Source of the DNA: Brevibacterium luteolum
GTDB taxonomy: Bacteria; Actinomycetota; Actinomycetes; Actinomycetales; Brevibacteriaceae
Direction: 5' to 3'
DNA length: 64,000 bases
Assembly: GCF_013004595.1 (NCBI RefSeq)
Contig: NZ_JABEMC010000003.1
Coordinates: 248,001-312,000 of the forward strand
Shown here piece after piece: positions 1 through 9,775 of this stretch; within the stretch, counting starts at the first letter, position 1, and each line of letters starts with the position of its first letter. The notes beneath the pieces were generated by a model. The model did no database searches. It was not told the DNA's origin and saw only the letters and a list, made by a program, of their open reading frames with translations. Position numbers and translations under genes: made by a program.

Positions 1-1008
1 AAGGTTGACCGGTGCCTCGTAGCCTTTGACGAGCCGACGGTAGGAGTTGATCGTCGGGTTCGTGAACGCCAGCACCGCGCCAGCGTGCTCAATGAGCCCG
101 CCGATGTACCAGCGCGCCAGATCCGACAGTCCTGCATAGCCGTTCTCATCGTAGAACAGCGGCTCGCCGTCCTTCCACAGCGACTGGTGGCAGTGCATGC
201 CCGAGCCGTTGTCGTCGAACAGCGGCTTGGGCATGAAGGTCACCGACTTGTCGAAGTCCCAGGCGACGTTCTTGACGACGTACTTGAAGTCCAGCAGCTG
301 GTCGCCGGCCTTCTTCAGCGAGTCGAACTTGTAGTTGATCTCCTGCTGACCGGCAGTGCCGACCTCGTGGTGGGCGCGCTCGACTTCGAAGCCGATCTCC
401 GCCAGCGTCAGCGAGATCGCATCGCGCACATCGGCGAAGTGATCCTGCGGGGAGACCGGGAAGTACCCGCCCTTGAACGGGGTCTTGTAGCCGAGGTTGC
501 TGCCGCCCTCCTCGGCGCCGGAACGCCAGGCGGCCTCGACCGAGTCGATCTTGAAGAAGCTGTTGCCCGGGTGGTTCTGGTACTGGATCGAGTCGAACAG
601 GTAGAACTCAGCCTCGGCCCCGAAGAACACGGTGTCGGCGATGCCGGTCGACTTGAGGTACGCCTCGGCCTTCGCAGCGACCTGACGCGGGTCGCGGGAG
701 AACGGCTCATCGGTGAACGGGTCGACGATCGAGTGCGTGATGACCATCGTCTTGGCCATCCGGAACGGATCGATGTAGGCGCTCGTGACATCGGCGATGA
801 GCTTCATGTCCGATTCGTGGATCGAGGTGAACCCGCGGATCGATGAACCGTCGAACAGCAGGCCCTCTTCGAGCTTATCCTCGCCGTAGGCCGAGGCTGG
901 GAGGTTGAAGTGCTGCACCACACCGGGAAGGTCACAGAATCGGATGTCGACGAAGTCGACGTCGTTTTCCTTCATGTAGGCGACGAGCTCAGCCGGGGTA
1001 TTGAACAA
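1..1008 (-). CDS. glnA: Glutamine synthetase type I (runs off the left edge; C-terminus missing)
   Basis: Manual minus-strand translation from TTG at 1008 (AGGAG RBS upstream): [34 protein letters not shown], then [16 protein letters not shown] and [12 protein letters not shown] motifs. Not in the ORF track because it has no stop in the window. Confidence 0.95.
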   Translation of the reverse strand, partial: MFNTPAELVAYMKENDVDFVDIRFCDLPGVVQHFNLPASAYGEDKLEEGLLFDGSSIRGFTSIHESDMKLIADVTSAYIDPFRMAKTMVITHSIVDPFTDEPFSRDPRQVAAKAEAYLKSTGIADTVFFGAEAEFYLFDSIQYQNHPGNSFFKIDSVEAAWRSGAEEGGSNLGYKTPFKGGYFPVSPQDHFADVRDAISLTLAEIGFEVERAHHEVGTAGQQEINYKFDSLKKAGDQLLDFKYVVKNVAWDFDKSVTFMPKPLFDDNGSGMHCHQSLWKDGEPLFYDENGYAGLSDLARWYIGGLIEHAGAVLAFTNPTINSYRRLVKGYEAPVNL

Positions 1009-1187
1009 GATCACTCCTGAAAGTCGCGGGCCACGACTCGGGCGTGGCCCTGTGGTGTGTTCTCCATCCTAATTCACCGCACACCCGCCAGAGTCGGTGC
1101 CACGCTGTTTTTCCCGGCCGTCTGCGAGTGCTGCATCACGGACTGCCGGTGCACAGCGGCCGACCGCCGGCGGTTACACTTGAGTGC

Positions 1188-1628
1188 GTGATTCAGCGAG
1201 ATGACTTCGGCTCATGGCTCAACGGACCCACTGCCGCCAGCACCGGCAGCAGCTGGCCGGGCAGCCGGCTCGGCCTGCCCGAGGACGGGCCGGGCGCGAT
1301 CGCGCCGATCTGGCGCCGGCTGCTGGCCCTGTGGCTCGACTACCTCATGTGCCTGGGCATCGCGTTCTGGCTCTTCGACGGCAGCAATCTCGCCATCCTC
1401 GCGATCTTCTTCATCGAATACCTCGTGCTCGTCTCGCTGCTGGGTACAACAGTCGGGCAGAAGATCTTCGGCATCCGCGTCATCCGTCTCGACGGCGCAA
1501 CCCCGGGCATCGCCTCCGGCTTTATCCGCACCCTGCTGCTCATGCTCGTCATCCCAGCCGTCATCTTCGATGCCGACCGGCGCGGCTTCCACGACATCGC
1601 CGCCCGCACCGCCGTCGTGCGCAGCTGA
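1188..1628 (+). CDS. RDD family membrane protein
   Basis: APIWRRLLALWLDY, GTTVGQK and RRGFHDIAARTAVV motifs. Divergent from glnA as usual in Actinobacteria. Start set at the GTG 7 nt after TACACT. Confidence 0.85.
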   Translation: MIQRDDFGSWLNGPTAASTGSSWPGSRLGLPEDGPGAIAPIWRRLLALWLDYLMCLGIAFWLFDGSNLAILAIFFIEYLVLVSLLGTTVGQKIFGIRVIRLDGATPGIASGFIRTLLLMLVIPAVIFDADRRGFHDIAARTAVVRS

Positions 1629-1743
1629 GGAAACCCTCCCGTGCCCGAGGCGGGGCTCGCCGCGGCACGCGAAAGCGGCAGGCTGCGCACGTGCACAGCC
1701 TGCCGCTTCGTCGTTGGTCTCCGAGTGTCGCCGGTGCTGAGGC

Positions 1744-2472
1744 TCAGCGTCCGCGCATCGCGCGGTGGTTCGGCCGGGCCTTCATCGGGTCGATGCCCTT
1801 GGGGATCGGCGGGTTCTTCGTCACCGAGCCGAGAGCGGTCAGCCGGTTGCGCACGGCGAGGATCTCGGCCTTGTTCAGCTTGCGCGGAAGCCGGTGGACG
1901 GTGCGCACGATCTTGCTCATCGGGATCTGGCCGTCCTGTTCGCCGCCCTGCAGCGTGTAGATCGGCACATTGGGCAGCACGCGCTCGTGGCGCTTCTTCT
2001 GCTTGGCCAGCAGCTTCTCGACCCGGCCTTTGGGGCCTTCGCTCATGAGCACCACGCCGGCTTTGCCGGTGGAGCGGAAGACGAGGTCGCGGCTGCGCGG
2101 ATCGACGTCGATGGGCTGCTCATCCATGAGCCAGCCGCGCCGGCAGGTGTTGAGCACCGCACCGATCGCACCGGGCTGGCCCTCCATCTCCTTGAACGCG
2201 GCAGTCTCAGCGAAGCGGCCGAGCATGAACAGGGCCAGGAAGATACCGAGCATGAGGCCCAGGATCGTCCACAGCCAGATCGGGCCGAAGAGGAAGCCCA
2301 CCCCGACACCCAGGGCGGTGAGGCCGACGATCGCGGCGAGCATGAGCCAGACGGTGGCGGGGTTGTGCTTCTTCGACAGCTGCACAACCTGGCGCATCTG
2401 CGCGATGCGGCCCGGCTTGCTCGGATCCTTCGGCTTGCGCTTGAAAAAGCGGCGTGGCTTCTCTTCTGACAT
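1744..2472 (-). CDS. DUF4191 family membrane protein
   Basis: Two TM helices, EGQPGA and C-terminal PIPKGIDP motifs; conserved position downstream of lipA. Start is uncertain (2472 or 2484). Confidence 0.85.
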   Translation of the reverse strand: MSEEKPRRFFKRKPKDPSKPGRIAQMRQVVQLSKKHNPATVWLMLAAIVGLTALGVGVGFLFGPIWLWTILGLMLGIFLALFMLGRFAETAAFKEMEGQPGAIGAVLNTCRRGWLMDEQPIDVDPRSRDLVFRSTGKAGVVLMSEGPKGRVEKLLAKQKKRHERVLPNVPIYTLQGGEQDGQIPMSKIVRTVHRLPRKLNKAEILAVRNRLTALGSVTKNPPIPKGIDPMKARPNHRAMRGR

Positions 2473-2536
2473 TCCTGTGCTCAATCAGCTTTCATTGGTG
2501 TGGCGGATGACGCCCCAGCCGTGCTGGGCGGACAAC

Positions 2537-3577
2537 CTAGAATTGTACCTCTTCGCCGGGTCCGAAGGTATTCACGACCGCCTGCGCCTCCTGCTTGGCC
2601 GGCATCTCCCGGTCGAGGTGCAGCAGGTGGACGGGGATCTCCTCACCGCGGCGGCGCATCGCCTGCGCCCACAGCCGGCCGGCCCGGTAGGACGAGCGCA
2701 CGAGCGGTCCGCTCATGACACCGGCGAAGCCGATCTCCTCACCGGCATCGCGCAGCTCGACGAAGTCCTGCGGCTTGACCCAGCGCTCGATCGGATGGTG
2801 CCGGGGCGATGGGCGGAGATACTGGGTGATGGTCAGCAGGTCGGTGCCGGCATCGTAGAGGTCCTGCATCGCCTCGATGACCTCGTCGTTGGTCTCACCC
2901 ATGCCGAGGATGAGGTTCGACTTCGTCACCAGGCCGGCATCGCGGGCCTTCGTGATGACCGACAGCGATCGCTCGTAGCGGAACCCGGGGCGGATGCGCT
3001 TGAAGATCCGCGGGACGGTCTCGACATTGTGGGCCAGCACCTCCGGCCGGGAGGAGAACACCTCGGCGAGCTGGTCGTCGTTGGAGTCGAAGTCGGGGAT
3101 GAGCAGTTCGACGCCGGTCTGGTGGCCGTCCTCGTGCTCGATCGCGTGGATGAGGCGCACGGTCTCGGCGTACAGCCAGGAACCGCCGTCGTCGAGGTCG
3201 TCGCGGGCGACACCGGTGATCGTCGAGTAGCGCAGGCCCATCGTCGCGACCGATTCGGCCACCCGGCGCGGCTCGTCGGCGTCGAAGTCGGCCGGCTTGC
3301 CGGTGTCGATCTGGCAGAAGTCGCAGCGGCGGGTGCACTGCTCACCGCCGATGAGGAAGGTCGCCTCGCGGTCCTCCCAGCATTCGAAGATGTTCGGGCA
3401 GCCGGCCTCCTCGCAGACCGTGTTGAGCTTCGAGGAGCGCACCAGGGACTTGAGTTCGGTGAACTCCGGTCCGATATTGGCCTTCGCCTTGATCCAGGCC
3501 GGCTTCTTCTCGATCGGCGTCTGGGCGTTGCGTGCCTCGACACGCAGCATCTTGCGTCCTTCAGGAGCAATCGTCAC
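2537..3577 (-). CDS. lipA: Lipoyl synthase
   Basis: [12 protein letters not shown] and CTRRCDFC Fe-S motifs, RSSYRA motif. Confidence 0.97.
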   Translation of the reverse strand: MTIAPEGRKMLRVEARNAQTPIEKKPAWIKAKANIGPEFTELKSLVRSSKLNTVCEEAGCPNIFECWEDREATFLIGGEQCTRRCDFCQIDTGKPADFDADEPRRVAESVATMGLRYSTITGVARDDLDDGGSWLYAETVRLIHAIEHEDGHQTGVELLIPDFDSNDDQLAEVFSSRPEVLAHNVETVPRIFKRIRPGFRYERSLSVITKARDAGLVTKSNLILGMGETNDEVIEAMQDLYDAGTDLLTITQYLRPSPRHHPIERWVKPQDFVELRDAGEEIGFAGVMSGPLVRSSYRAGRLWAQAMRRRGEEIPVHLLHLDREMPAKQEAQAVVNTFGPGEEVQF

Positions 3578-3655
3578 TGTGGGTCCTTCTCGTCGGTGGT
3601 CGTGCCTCGTGCAGGTGCGCCGGCCGGCGCGGCTGATGCCGGGGCTTCAATTGTC

Positions 3656-4294
3656 TCAGGCGGTGATGTGCCTGGCGAGCGCCGCTTCGACTGCCGGAGC
3701 GACGTCGGCGGGGGTGATAGTGCGGCCGGTTTCGGCACTCAGGCTCGTGACCCCGGCATCGGCGATGCCGCAGGGCACGATCGAGTCGAATCCGGTGTTA
3801 TCGTTCGAGCAGTTGAGGGCCAGCCCGTGCATCGTCACGCCTTCGTGGATGCGGATGCCGATCGCGCCGATCTTACGCTCGGGCAGTGTGTCGGTGGCGG
3901 CCAGCCACACGCCGGAGCGGCCGTCGACCTTCATTGTCTCGATGCCCAGGGAGGCGCACACGTCGATGAGGGCATCTTCGATCTGGTCGACGAAGAGCTT
4001 GACGTCTTTGGCGTCGTTGAGCCGGTAGATGAGGTAGACGACGAGCTGGCCGGGTCCGTGCCAGGTGATCTTGCCGCCGCGGTCGACGTCGATGACCTCC
4101 GTTCCGTCGACCGGGCGCTCATGGTCTTCGGTGCGCTTGCCAGCGGTGTAGACGGGGGAATGTTCCAGGAACAGGAGGGTGGACTCGCGCGTGCCGGCGA
4201 TGACGTCGGCGTGATAGCGCTGCTGGAGATCCCAGGCGCTGCGGTAGTCGACATAGTCGGGTGCATACCCGAGGCATTCCACTGTGAATGACAT
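3656..4294 (-). CDS. lipB: Octanoyltransferase
   Basis: [35 protein letters not shown] and IVPCG motifs. Confidence 0.96.
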   Translation of the reverse strand: MSFTVECLGYAPDYVDYRSAWDLQQRYHADVIAGTRESTLLFLEHSPVYTAGKRTEDHERPVDGTEVIDVDRGGKITWHGPGQLVVYLIYRLNDAKDVKLFVDQIEDALIDVCASLGIETMKVDGRSGVWLAATDTLPERKIGAIGIRIHEGVTMHGLALNCSNDNTGFDSIVPCGIADAGVTSLSAETGRTITPADVAPAVEAALARHITA

Positions 4295-4354
4295 GCACTC
4301 ACCCTATGCCGCACGCTGCAGGCGGGCAAAGCCGTCCGCATCCGCCGCCGACGG

Positions 4355-4363
4355 TTATCCACA
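4355..4363 (+). promoter_or_regulatory. Perfect DnaA-box sequence
   Basis: TTATCCACA in the intergenic region between lipB and the kinase-like gene. Single copy, function unproven. Confidence 0.35.
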
Positions 4364-4448
4364 GATCCGACAAGCCCATGGCAACACCCTCCAGCCCAGC
4401 CGTAGCCTTGCCGCACAGCCGATCACCACGAGTGCAGACAGGAGGGAC

Positions 4449-6047
4449 ATGGCCGAGCAGACGTGGCACACCGTCGCCGAGGTGGCACCGGGGATCCGCC
4501 GCATCAGCACAGGGCAGCGCACCGCCTGGTTCCTGCCCGAGGGCGACGTGGCCGATATCACGCACCGGTGGCCGGGAATCGGCACCGCTGAGCTCACTGG
4601 CGGGCCGGTGAGCTGCGATCCTGCCACCGTTCCCGAGGCGGAGGGCACCCGCGCAAGCGACGTCGCCTCAGTCGATGGGCAGCCCGCCCATGTGCTCGGC
4701 CAGCCGCGGCAGGCAGGCGGCAACGGGCTCATCGTGCCCCGCTTCCACGGCGGTCTGCTCGTCGATGCGCTGCGCAGCTATGCCGGGCTGACCCTCGGGC
4801 AGACTCTGGCGGTGCTCGGTGCCTGCCTGGAGGCGCTGTGTGCCGCCCCTGAACCGAGTTCCGGCCGGTTGCGCTGCCACCGCAGCGCCTTCGGCGTCGA
4901 TGATGCCGGTGCCATTCACCTCGTGCCCGGCCATACGGTGCCGGTTGAGTCAGTGTCGAGCGAGGCGGTCGAGTTCGGTCAGCTTGCCTATCTGTGCCTG
5001 ACCGGCCTGACATGGGAGGAGCACGGGGTGCCGGTCCCAGACCTCACCCCAGCCGTTCCGGAGCCGTTAGCCGGCATCATCATCGAACTGCTCGAAGCCG
5101 AACCCGGCGGCGGTCCCGCGCCCGGGCCCGAGCTGCTGACGAGGCTTGCGGCAATGGGCGAGCCGGAGCAGATTCCGTTCGTCCCCGTCGAGGCGGAGGT
5201 CTCGGTGTCCGAGGCGGTGACCGCCCAGCTGCGCGTCGACGCCAGCGTCGCGTCGGCACTCACCGGCCGCTATGAGCGCAGCCGCGAGCACACCACCGGT
5301 GGCCAGCGTGAAAAGAGGGCTCACCGGGTCGAAGACAACACCACAGGCAGCGGGATCGGCCGACTGCGCGCCGCCGCCGGGCACAGCGGACGCGACCGCA
5401 TGCGCAGGAAGGACTCCACTCAGCACACCGCAGCCACGAGGCGCAAACGGCAGCAGAAGCGGCCTGCGCGGCAGGAACGAGACACCGGCTCGAGGGCGCT
5501 CCGGCTCCCGCGGCTGCCGTTGAACCGCACGATGCTCATCGGCGCTGCGGCCGCACTCGTGCTGAGCCTGTCGGGGATCGCGCTGCTCACCGGTCTCATC
5601 GATCCCAGAGGTGAGGCAGTCGCCCCGGGCAGTGCCGGCCATAACCCGCCTAGTGACCAAGCAACTGAAGGTCCTGCGGCGACCACCGCCTCGGGGCCGG
5701 AGAACCCCAAGGACGCGTTCGCCGCGCTCACCCGCAGACGCGAGCAGGCCTACCACCTCGGCGATGCCGCAGCGCTGGCCGAGCTGACGGTCGCAGGCTC
5801 CCCGGCAGCGGCAGCCGATGGCGCAGCCGACGTCGAGGCCTTCCAAGGCAGTGACATCAGCATCGACATCGAATCGGCTCAGATCACGCAGCAGGAGGCG
5901 GACCGAGCCGAGCTCGACGTCGCCACACGGACGCAGGTGAGCGCACCCGACGGGTCCGGCCACGACTACGGCAGCGTGCGCATGCGCGTCGAGTTGCGCC
6001 GCGAGGACGGCAGCTGGAGGGTCTATGACGCGATCGAGCAGAGCTGA
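4449..6047 (+). CDS. Membrane-anchored Ser/Thr kinase-like protein, catalytic motifs degenerate (probable pseudokinase)
   Basis: ATG at 4449 after GGAGG. Kinase C-lobe-like spacing (GGLLVDAL, FGQLAYLCLTG, VPEPLAGII), a basic stretch, one TM helix and a C-terminal domain ending GSWRVYD. Confidence 0.55.
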   Translation: MAEQTWHTVAEVAPGIRRISTGQRTAWFLPEGDVADITHRWPGIGTAELTGGPVSCDPATVPEAEGTRASDVASVDGQPAHVLGQPRQAGGNGLIVPRFHGGLLVDALRSYAGLTLGQTLAVLGACLEALCAAPEPSSGRLRCHRSAFGVDDAGAIHLVPGHTVPVESVSSEAVEFGQLAYLCLTGLTWEEHGVPVPDLTPAVPEPLAGIIIELLEAEPGGGPAPGPELLTRLAAMGEPEQIPFVPVEAEVSVSEAVTAQLRVDASVASALTGRYERSREHTTGGQREKRAHRVEDNTTGSGIGRLRAAAGHSGRDRMRRKDSTQHTAATRRKRQQKRPARQERDTGSRALRLPRLPLNRTMLIGAAAALVLSLSGIALLTGLIDPRGEAVAPGSAGHNPPSDQATEGPAATTASGPENPKDAFAALTRRREQAYHLGDAAALAELTVAGSPAAAADGAADVEAFQGSDISIDIESAQITQQEADRAELDVATRTQVSAPDGSGHDYGSVRMRVELRREDGSWRVYDAIEQS

Positions 6048-6062
6048 GACGGGCTGAGACGA

Positions 6063-6100
6063 CACTGCGGGTGGGATGCCTGAGCATCCTACCCGCAGTG
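6063..6100. terminator. Hairpin terminator between convergent genes
   Basis: CACTGCGGGTGGGATGC-CTGA-GCATCCTACCCGCAGTG. Confidence 0.7.
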
Positions 6101-6150
6101 GCCGGTGTGCCGTGCGTCAGCTGGCCATGAGGCTCAGCTGACGCTCCGGA

Positions 6151-8139
6151 TCACAGTTCAAGGTCGGCGACGAAGTTCGCGTCCTCGAGGCGCGCCTTGA
6201 TGGTCTGCAGGAAGCGTCCTGCATCCGCACCGTCGACGAGCTCGTGGTTGTACGTCAGCGGCAGGTAGACCATGTCGCGGATCGCAATCGATTCGCCGCC
6301 GTCAGCGGTCTCGACGACGACCGGGCGGCGCGTGATGACACCGGTGCCCAGAATGCCCATCTGCGGGGTATTCAGGATCGGGGTGTCGAACAGCGCGCCG
6401 ACGCTGCCGATGTTCGTGACCGTGAAGGTGCCGCCGGAGAGCTCATCCGGGCCGATCTTGGCCGTGCGGGTGCGCTCAGCGACATCGTCGATGGCCTTGG
6501 CCAGACCTGCGATCGAGAGGTCGCCGGCGTCCTTGACGACCGGAACGAGGAGACCCCGCTCGGTGTCAACGGCAACAGCCAGGTTCTCGTGGTCGAAGTA
6601 GGTGATCTCCTTGGCTTCGACATCGTAGGTGGCGTTGACCTTCGGGTGGACCTGGAGTGCTTCGACAATGGCCTTGGCGAAGAACGGCAGGTAGGTCAGC
6701 TTGACGCCGTGGGTCTGCTGGAACTGGTCCTTGTAGGCCTTGCGCAGCTGACCGACACGGGTCATGTCGACCTCGATGACCTGCGTGAGCTGTGCAGAGT
6801 TCTGCAGCGACTCGCGCATCCGGGTGGCGATCGTCTGGCGGATCCGGGAGGCCTTCTGCGTGGTGCCGCGCAGCTTCTTGACCTCTTCGGGGATCTCGAC
6901 GACGAACGGCTCGCGGTCATCGGTGACAGCCGGCTTGCCGGCTGCCGGTGCCGGAGCACCGCCGGACTTCGATCCGCCGGCGTTCTCGGCTGCCGAGAGC
7001 ACATCCTGCTTACGGATGCGACCGCCGACACCGGTGCCGGTGACGTTGGAGAGATCCACGCCCTTGTTCTTGGCCAGGCGACGCACCAGCGGGGTGACGT
7101 ACGCCGAACCGTGGGCGACAGTCGAGGAGATCGACTGCTTGGCCTCTTCACCGGCGGCCTGCTCGGCTGCGGCCTTCTGCGCCTCAGCGGCAGCGTCCTC
7201 GTCGGACTTCTCCGAATTCTCGGACTTCTTCTCAGCCTTCTTCTCGGACTTGTCTGACTTCTCGGCCTCGTCCTTGGCTGCCTTGGCGTCGGACTCCTTG
7301 TCCTTGACCTCGGAGTCATCGGACTCGTCGTCCTCGTCGGACTCCTCCTTGACGTCGTCGTCGGTGTCTTCCTCGGAGACGTCATCGGCCTGCTCGGTCT
7401 TGCGGTCGGTGGTCTCGGCCTCATCGGAGTCGTCGGAGTCATCCGCGTCATCCGAGTCGTCAGCCGGGGCATCGCCGGAGCCGATGAGCGCCACGACATC
7501 GCCGACCTCGACGACATCGTCCTCATCTGCCATGAGCTTCTGCACGGTTCCGGCCACAGGGGAGGGCACCTCGGTGTCGACCTTGTCGGTGGAGACCTCG
7601 AGCAGCGGTTCGTCGACTTCCACCTCGTCGCCGACCTCCTTGAGCCAGCGGGTGACTGTGCCCTCGGTGACCGATTCACCGAGCGCCGGCATCTTCACCT
7701 CAGTGGAGTCACCCGAACCGCCCGAGGACTTCTTCTTCGGCTTCTCGTCGCTGTCATCCGCGTCGTCCGAGGCGCTGTCATCAGCCTCGTCTGCGGAATC
7801 CTCATCAGCTGAGTCCTCGTCAGCCTGATCCTCAGCCGAGTCATCGGACTCGTCTGCATCCTCGCCGTCGGCATCCTCATCGGAGGAGTCGTCAGAGGAG
7901 TCACCGTCGCCGATGACAGCCAGGTCGCCGCCGACTTCGACGACATCGTCTTCGTCAGCGAGGATCTCCTGCAGGGTTCCGGCGTACGGGCTCGGGATCT
8001 CAGTGTCGACCTTGTCGGTCGAGACCTCGAGCAAGGGCTCGTCGACCTCGACCTCCTCGCCGACTTCCTTCAGCCAGCGGGTGACTGTGCCCTCGGTGAC
8101 TGATTCACCGAGAGCCGGCATCTGCACTTTATTGGACAT
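6151..8139 (-). CDS. sucB: Dihydrolipoamide acyltransferase E2 with two lipoyl domains (DlaT/SucB)
   Basis: Two VSTDKVDTE lipoyl motifs, E3-binding [13 protein letters not shown] and catalytic HELVDG. Confidence 0.95.
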   Translation of the reverse strand: MSNKVQMPALGESVTEGTVTRWLKEVGEEVEVDEPLLEVSTDKVDTEIPSPYAGTLQEILADEDDVVEVGGDLAVIGDGDSSDDSSDEDADGEDADESDDSAEDQADEDSADEDSADEADDSASDDADDSDEKPKKKSSGGSGDSTEVKMPALGESVTEGTVTRWLKEVGDEVEVDEPLLEVSTDKVDTEVPSPVAGTVQKLMADEDDVVEVGDVVALIGSGDAPADDSDDADDSDDSDEAETTDRKTEQADDVSEEDTDDDVKEESDEDDESDDSEVKDKESDAKAAKDEAEKSDKSEKKAEKKSENSEKSDEDAAAEAQKAAAEQAAGEEAKQSISSTVAHGSAYVTPLVRRLAKNKGVDLSNVTGTGVGGRIRKQDVLSAAENAGGSKSGGAPAPAAGKPAVTDDREPFVVEIPEEVKKLRGTTQKASRIRQTIATRMRESLQNSAQLTQVIEVDMTRVGQLRKAYKDQFQQTHGVKLTYLPFFAKAIVEALQVHPKVNATYDVEAKEITYFDHENLAVAVDTERGLLVPVVKDAGDLSIAGLAKAIDDVAERTRTAKIGPDELSGGTFTVTNIGSVGALFDTPILNTPQMGILGTGVITRRPVVVETADGGESIAIRDMVYLPLTYNHELVDGADAGRFLQTIKARLEDANFVADLEL

Positions 8140-8160
8140 AACGTTTGGTCTCCCTCGCTC

Positions 8161-9552
8161 TTAGCTGTGGAAATGAAGGGGCTTGCCGGACAGAGCCAGG
8201 GCGGCTTCGCCGATCGCCTCGTTCTGGGTCGGGTGGGCGTGGATGAGTTCGGCGACCTCTTCGGGGAAGGCCTCCCAGTTGACGATGAGCTGCGCTTCGC
8301 CGGCCTGCTCGCTCAGGCGCGCGCCGATGCCGTGCACACCGAGGACCGGCCCGTCTTCAAGGCTGACGAGCTTGATGAGACCGGTGGTCTTGAGGATCGT
8401 CGATTTGGCGTTGCCAGCGAGGTTGTACTCGATCGTCTTGATCTTGTCCTCGCCGTGCTTCTCCTCAGCCTGCTTCTGGGTCAGGCCGACGGAGAAGATC
8501 TCCGGCTCGCAGTAGGTCACCCGCGGGATGCCGGATTCGACGACCGGCGCCGGGTCGAGTCCTGCGATCTCCTCAGCGACGAAGATGCCCTGGGCGAACG
8601 AGCGGTGCGCCAGCTGCAGACCGGGAACGATGTCGCCGACGGCGAAGATCGATCCGACGCCGGTGTGCTGGCGCTCATCGGTGAGCACGAACCCGCGATC
8701 CATCTCGATGCCCTGATCTTCGAAGCCGAAGCCTTCGGTGACCGGGCCGCGGCCGACGGCCACGAGCAGGATCGACGCATCGATCACGGTGCCGTCTTCG
8801 AGGGTGACGTGCACGCCGTCGTCGTCCTGCTCGACGCTCTTGAACATCGTGCCGACGGTGAACTTGATCTTGCGCTTCTTGAAGGCGCGCTCAAGGTTCT
8901 TCGAGATCGTGGCGTCCTCATTGGCGACCAGGTTCGGCAGACCTTCGACGATGTGGACCTTCGAGCCCATCGATGCCCAGACGCTGGCGAACTCGACGCC
9001 GATGACGCCGCCGCCGAGCACGATTGCCGACTCCGGCACTTCGTCGTACTGCAGCGCCTGCTCGGAGGTCATGACGCGACCGCCGATCTCGATGCCGATC
9101 GTCTTCGACGTCGAACCGGTCGCCAGCACGATGTTCTTGCCGGTCACGGTCATCGAGCCGTCATCGGTGGAGACCTCGACGGTGTCCTTGCCGGTCAGCT
9201 TGCCCTCACCGGCGATGTAGTCGATGCCGCGCGCCTTCACGAGTCCCTGCAGACCCTTGTAGTTGCGGTCGATGATGCCGTCTTTGAATTCCAGGACCTT
9301 GGCCATGTCGACGCCCTGCAGCTCGACATTGATGCCGAAGGACGCGGCCTCGCGTGCGGAATCCGCCACCTCGGCGGCGTGCAGCAGGGCCTTGGTCGGG
9401 ATGCATCCACGGTGGAGGCAGGTGCCGCCCACCTTGTCGCGTTCGATGAGTGCGACGCGCATATCGAGCTGGGAAGCGCGCAGCGCGGCAGCGTAGCCGC
9501 CCGTGCCACCACCCAGAATGACGAGGTCGTAGGTGTTGTCCGATTCGCTCAC
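8161..9552 (-). CDS. lpdA: Dihydrolipoyl dehydrogenase
   Basis: GGGTGG FAD motif, GGTCLHRGCIP disulfide, HAHPTQNE. Confidence 0.97.
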   Translation of the reverse strand: MSESDNTYDLVILGGGTGGYAAALRASQLDMRVALIERDKVGGTCLHRGCIPTKALLHAAEVADSAREAASFGINVELQGVDMAKVLEFKDGIIDRNYKGLQGLVKARGIDYIAGEGKLTGKDTVEVSTDDGSMTVTGKNIVLATGSTSKTIGIEIGGRVMTSEQALQYDEVPESAIVLGGGVIGVEFASVWASMGSKVHIVEGLPNLVANEDATISKNLERAFKKRKIKFTVGTMFKSVEQDDDGVHVTLEDGTVIDASILLVAVGRGPVTEGFGFEDQGIEMDRGFVLTDERQHTGVGSIFAVGDIVPGLQLAHRSFAQGIFVAEEIAGLDPAPVVESGIPRVTYCEPEIFSVGLTQKQAEEKHGEDKIKTIEYNLAGNAKSTILKTTGLIKLVSLEDGPVLGVHGIGARLSEQAGEAQLIVNWEAFPEEVAELIHAHPTQNEAIGEAALALSGKPLHFHS

Positions 9553-9775
9553 AGGTTGCTCCTCGTTGAATGGATGAACTGCCGGGTCACGGCACTTGTC
9601 TCCATCTTTCCACTATTTCCCGGAAATGTCGCAACCGTTCGCCCCTGCACCCCCGTAACCCTGCTCACGTCTGTCTCATGTGGACTCCCGGCCCGAGGCG
9701 GTGGCTGGTGTGGGCACATGGTCAGGGGCGCAGCCGCCGGGTGTCGGCTGCGCCCCTGACTCAGGTGGGCTGCCG

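Noticed and set aside
85..846. 253-aa plus-strand ORF
   Set aside because: Antisense shadow of glnA; no motifs of its own.
1015..1170. GlnR box upstream of glnA
   Set aside because: No convincing GTNAC-N6-GTNAC; only a 5' hairpin at 1028-1050 and a TAGGAT -10.
1970..4291. 773-aa plus-strand ORF
   Set aside because: Shadow frame across DUF4191, lipA and lipB, typical of high-GC DNA.
7480..8130. Direct DNA repeat of about 220 bp in sucB as a duplication or mobile element
   Set aside because: Explained by the two tandem lipoyl domains.
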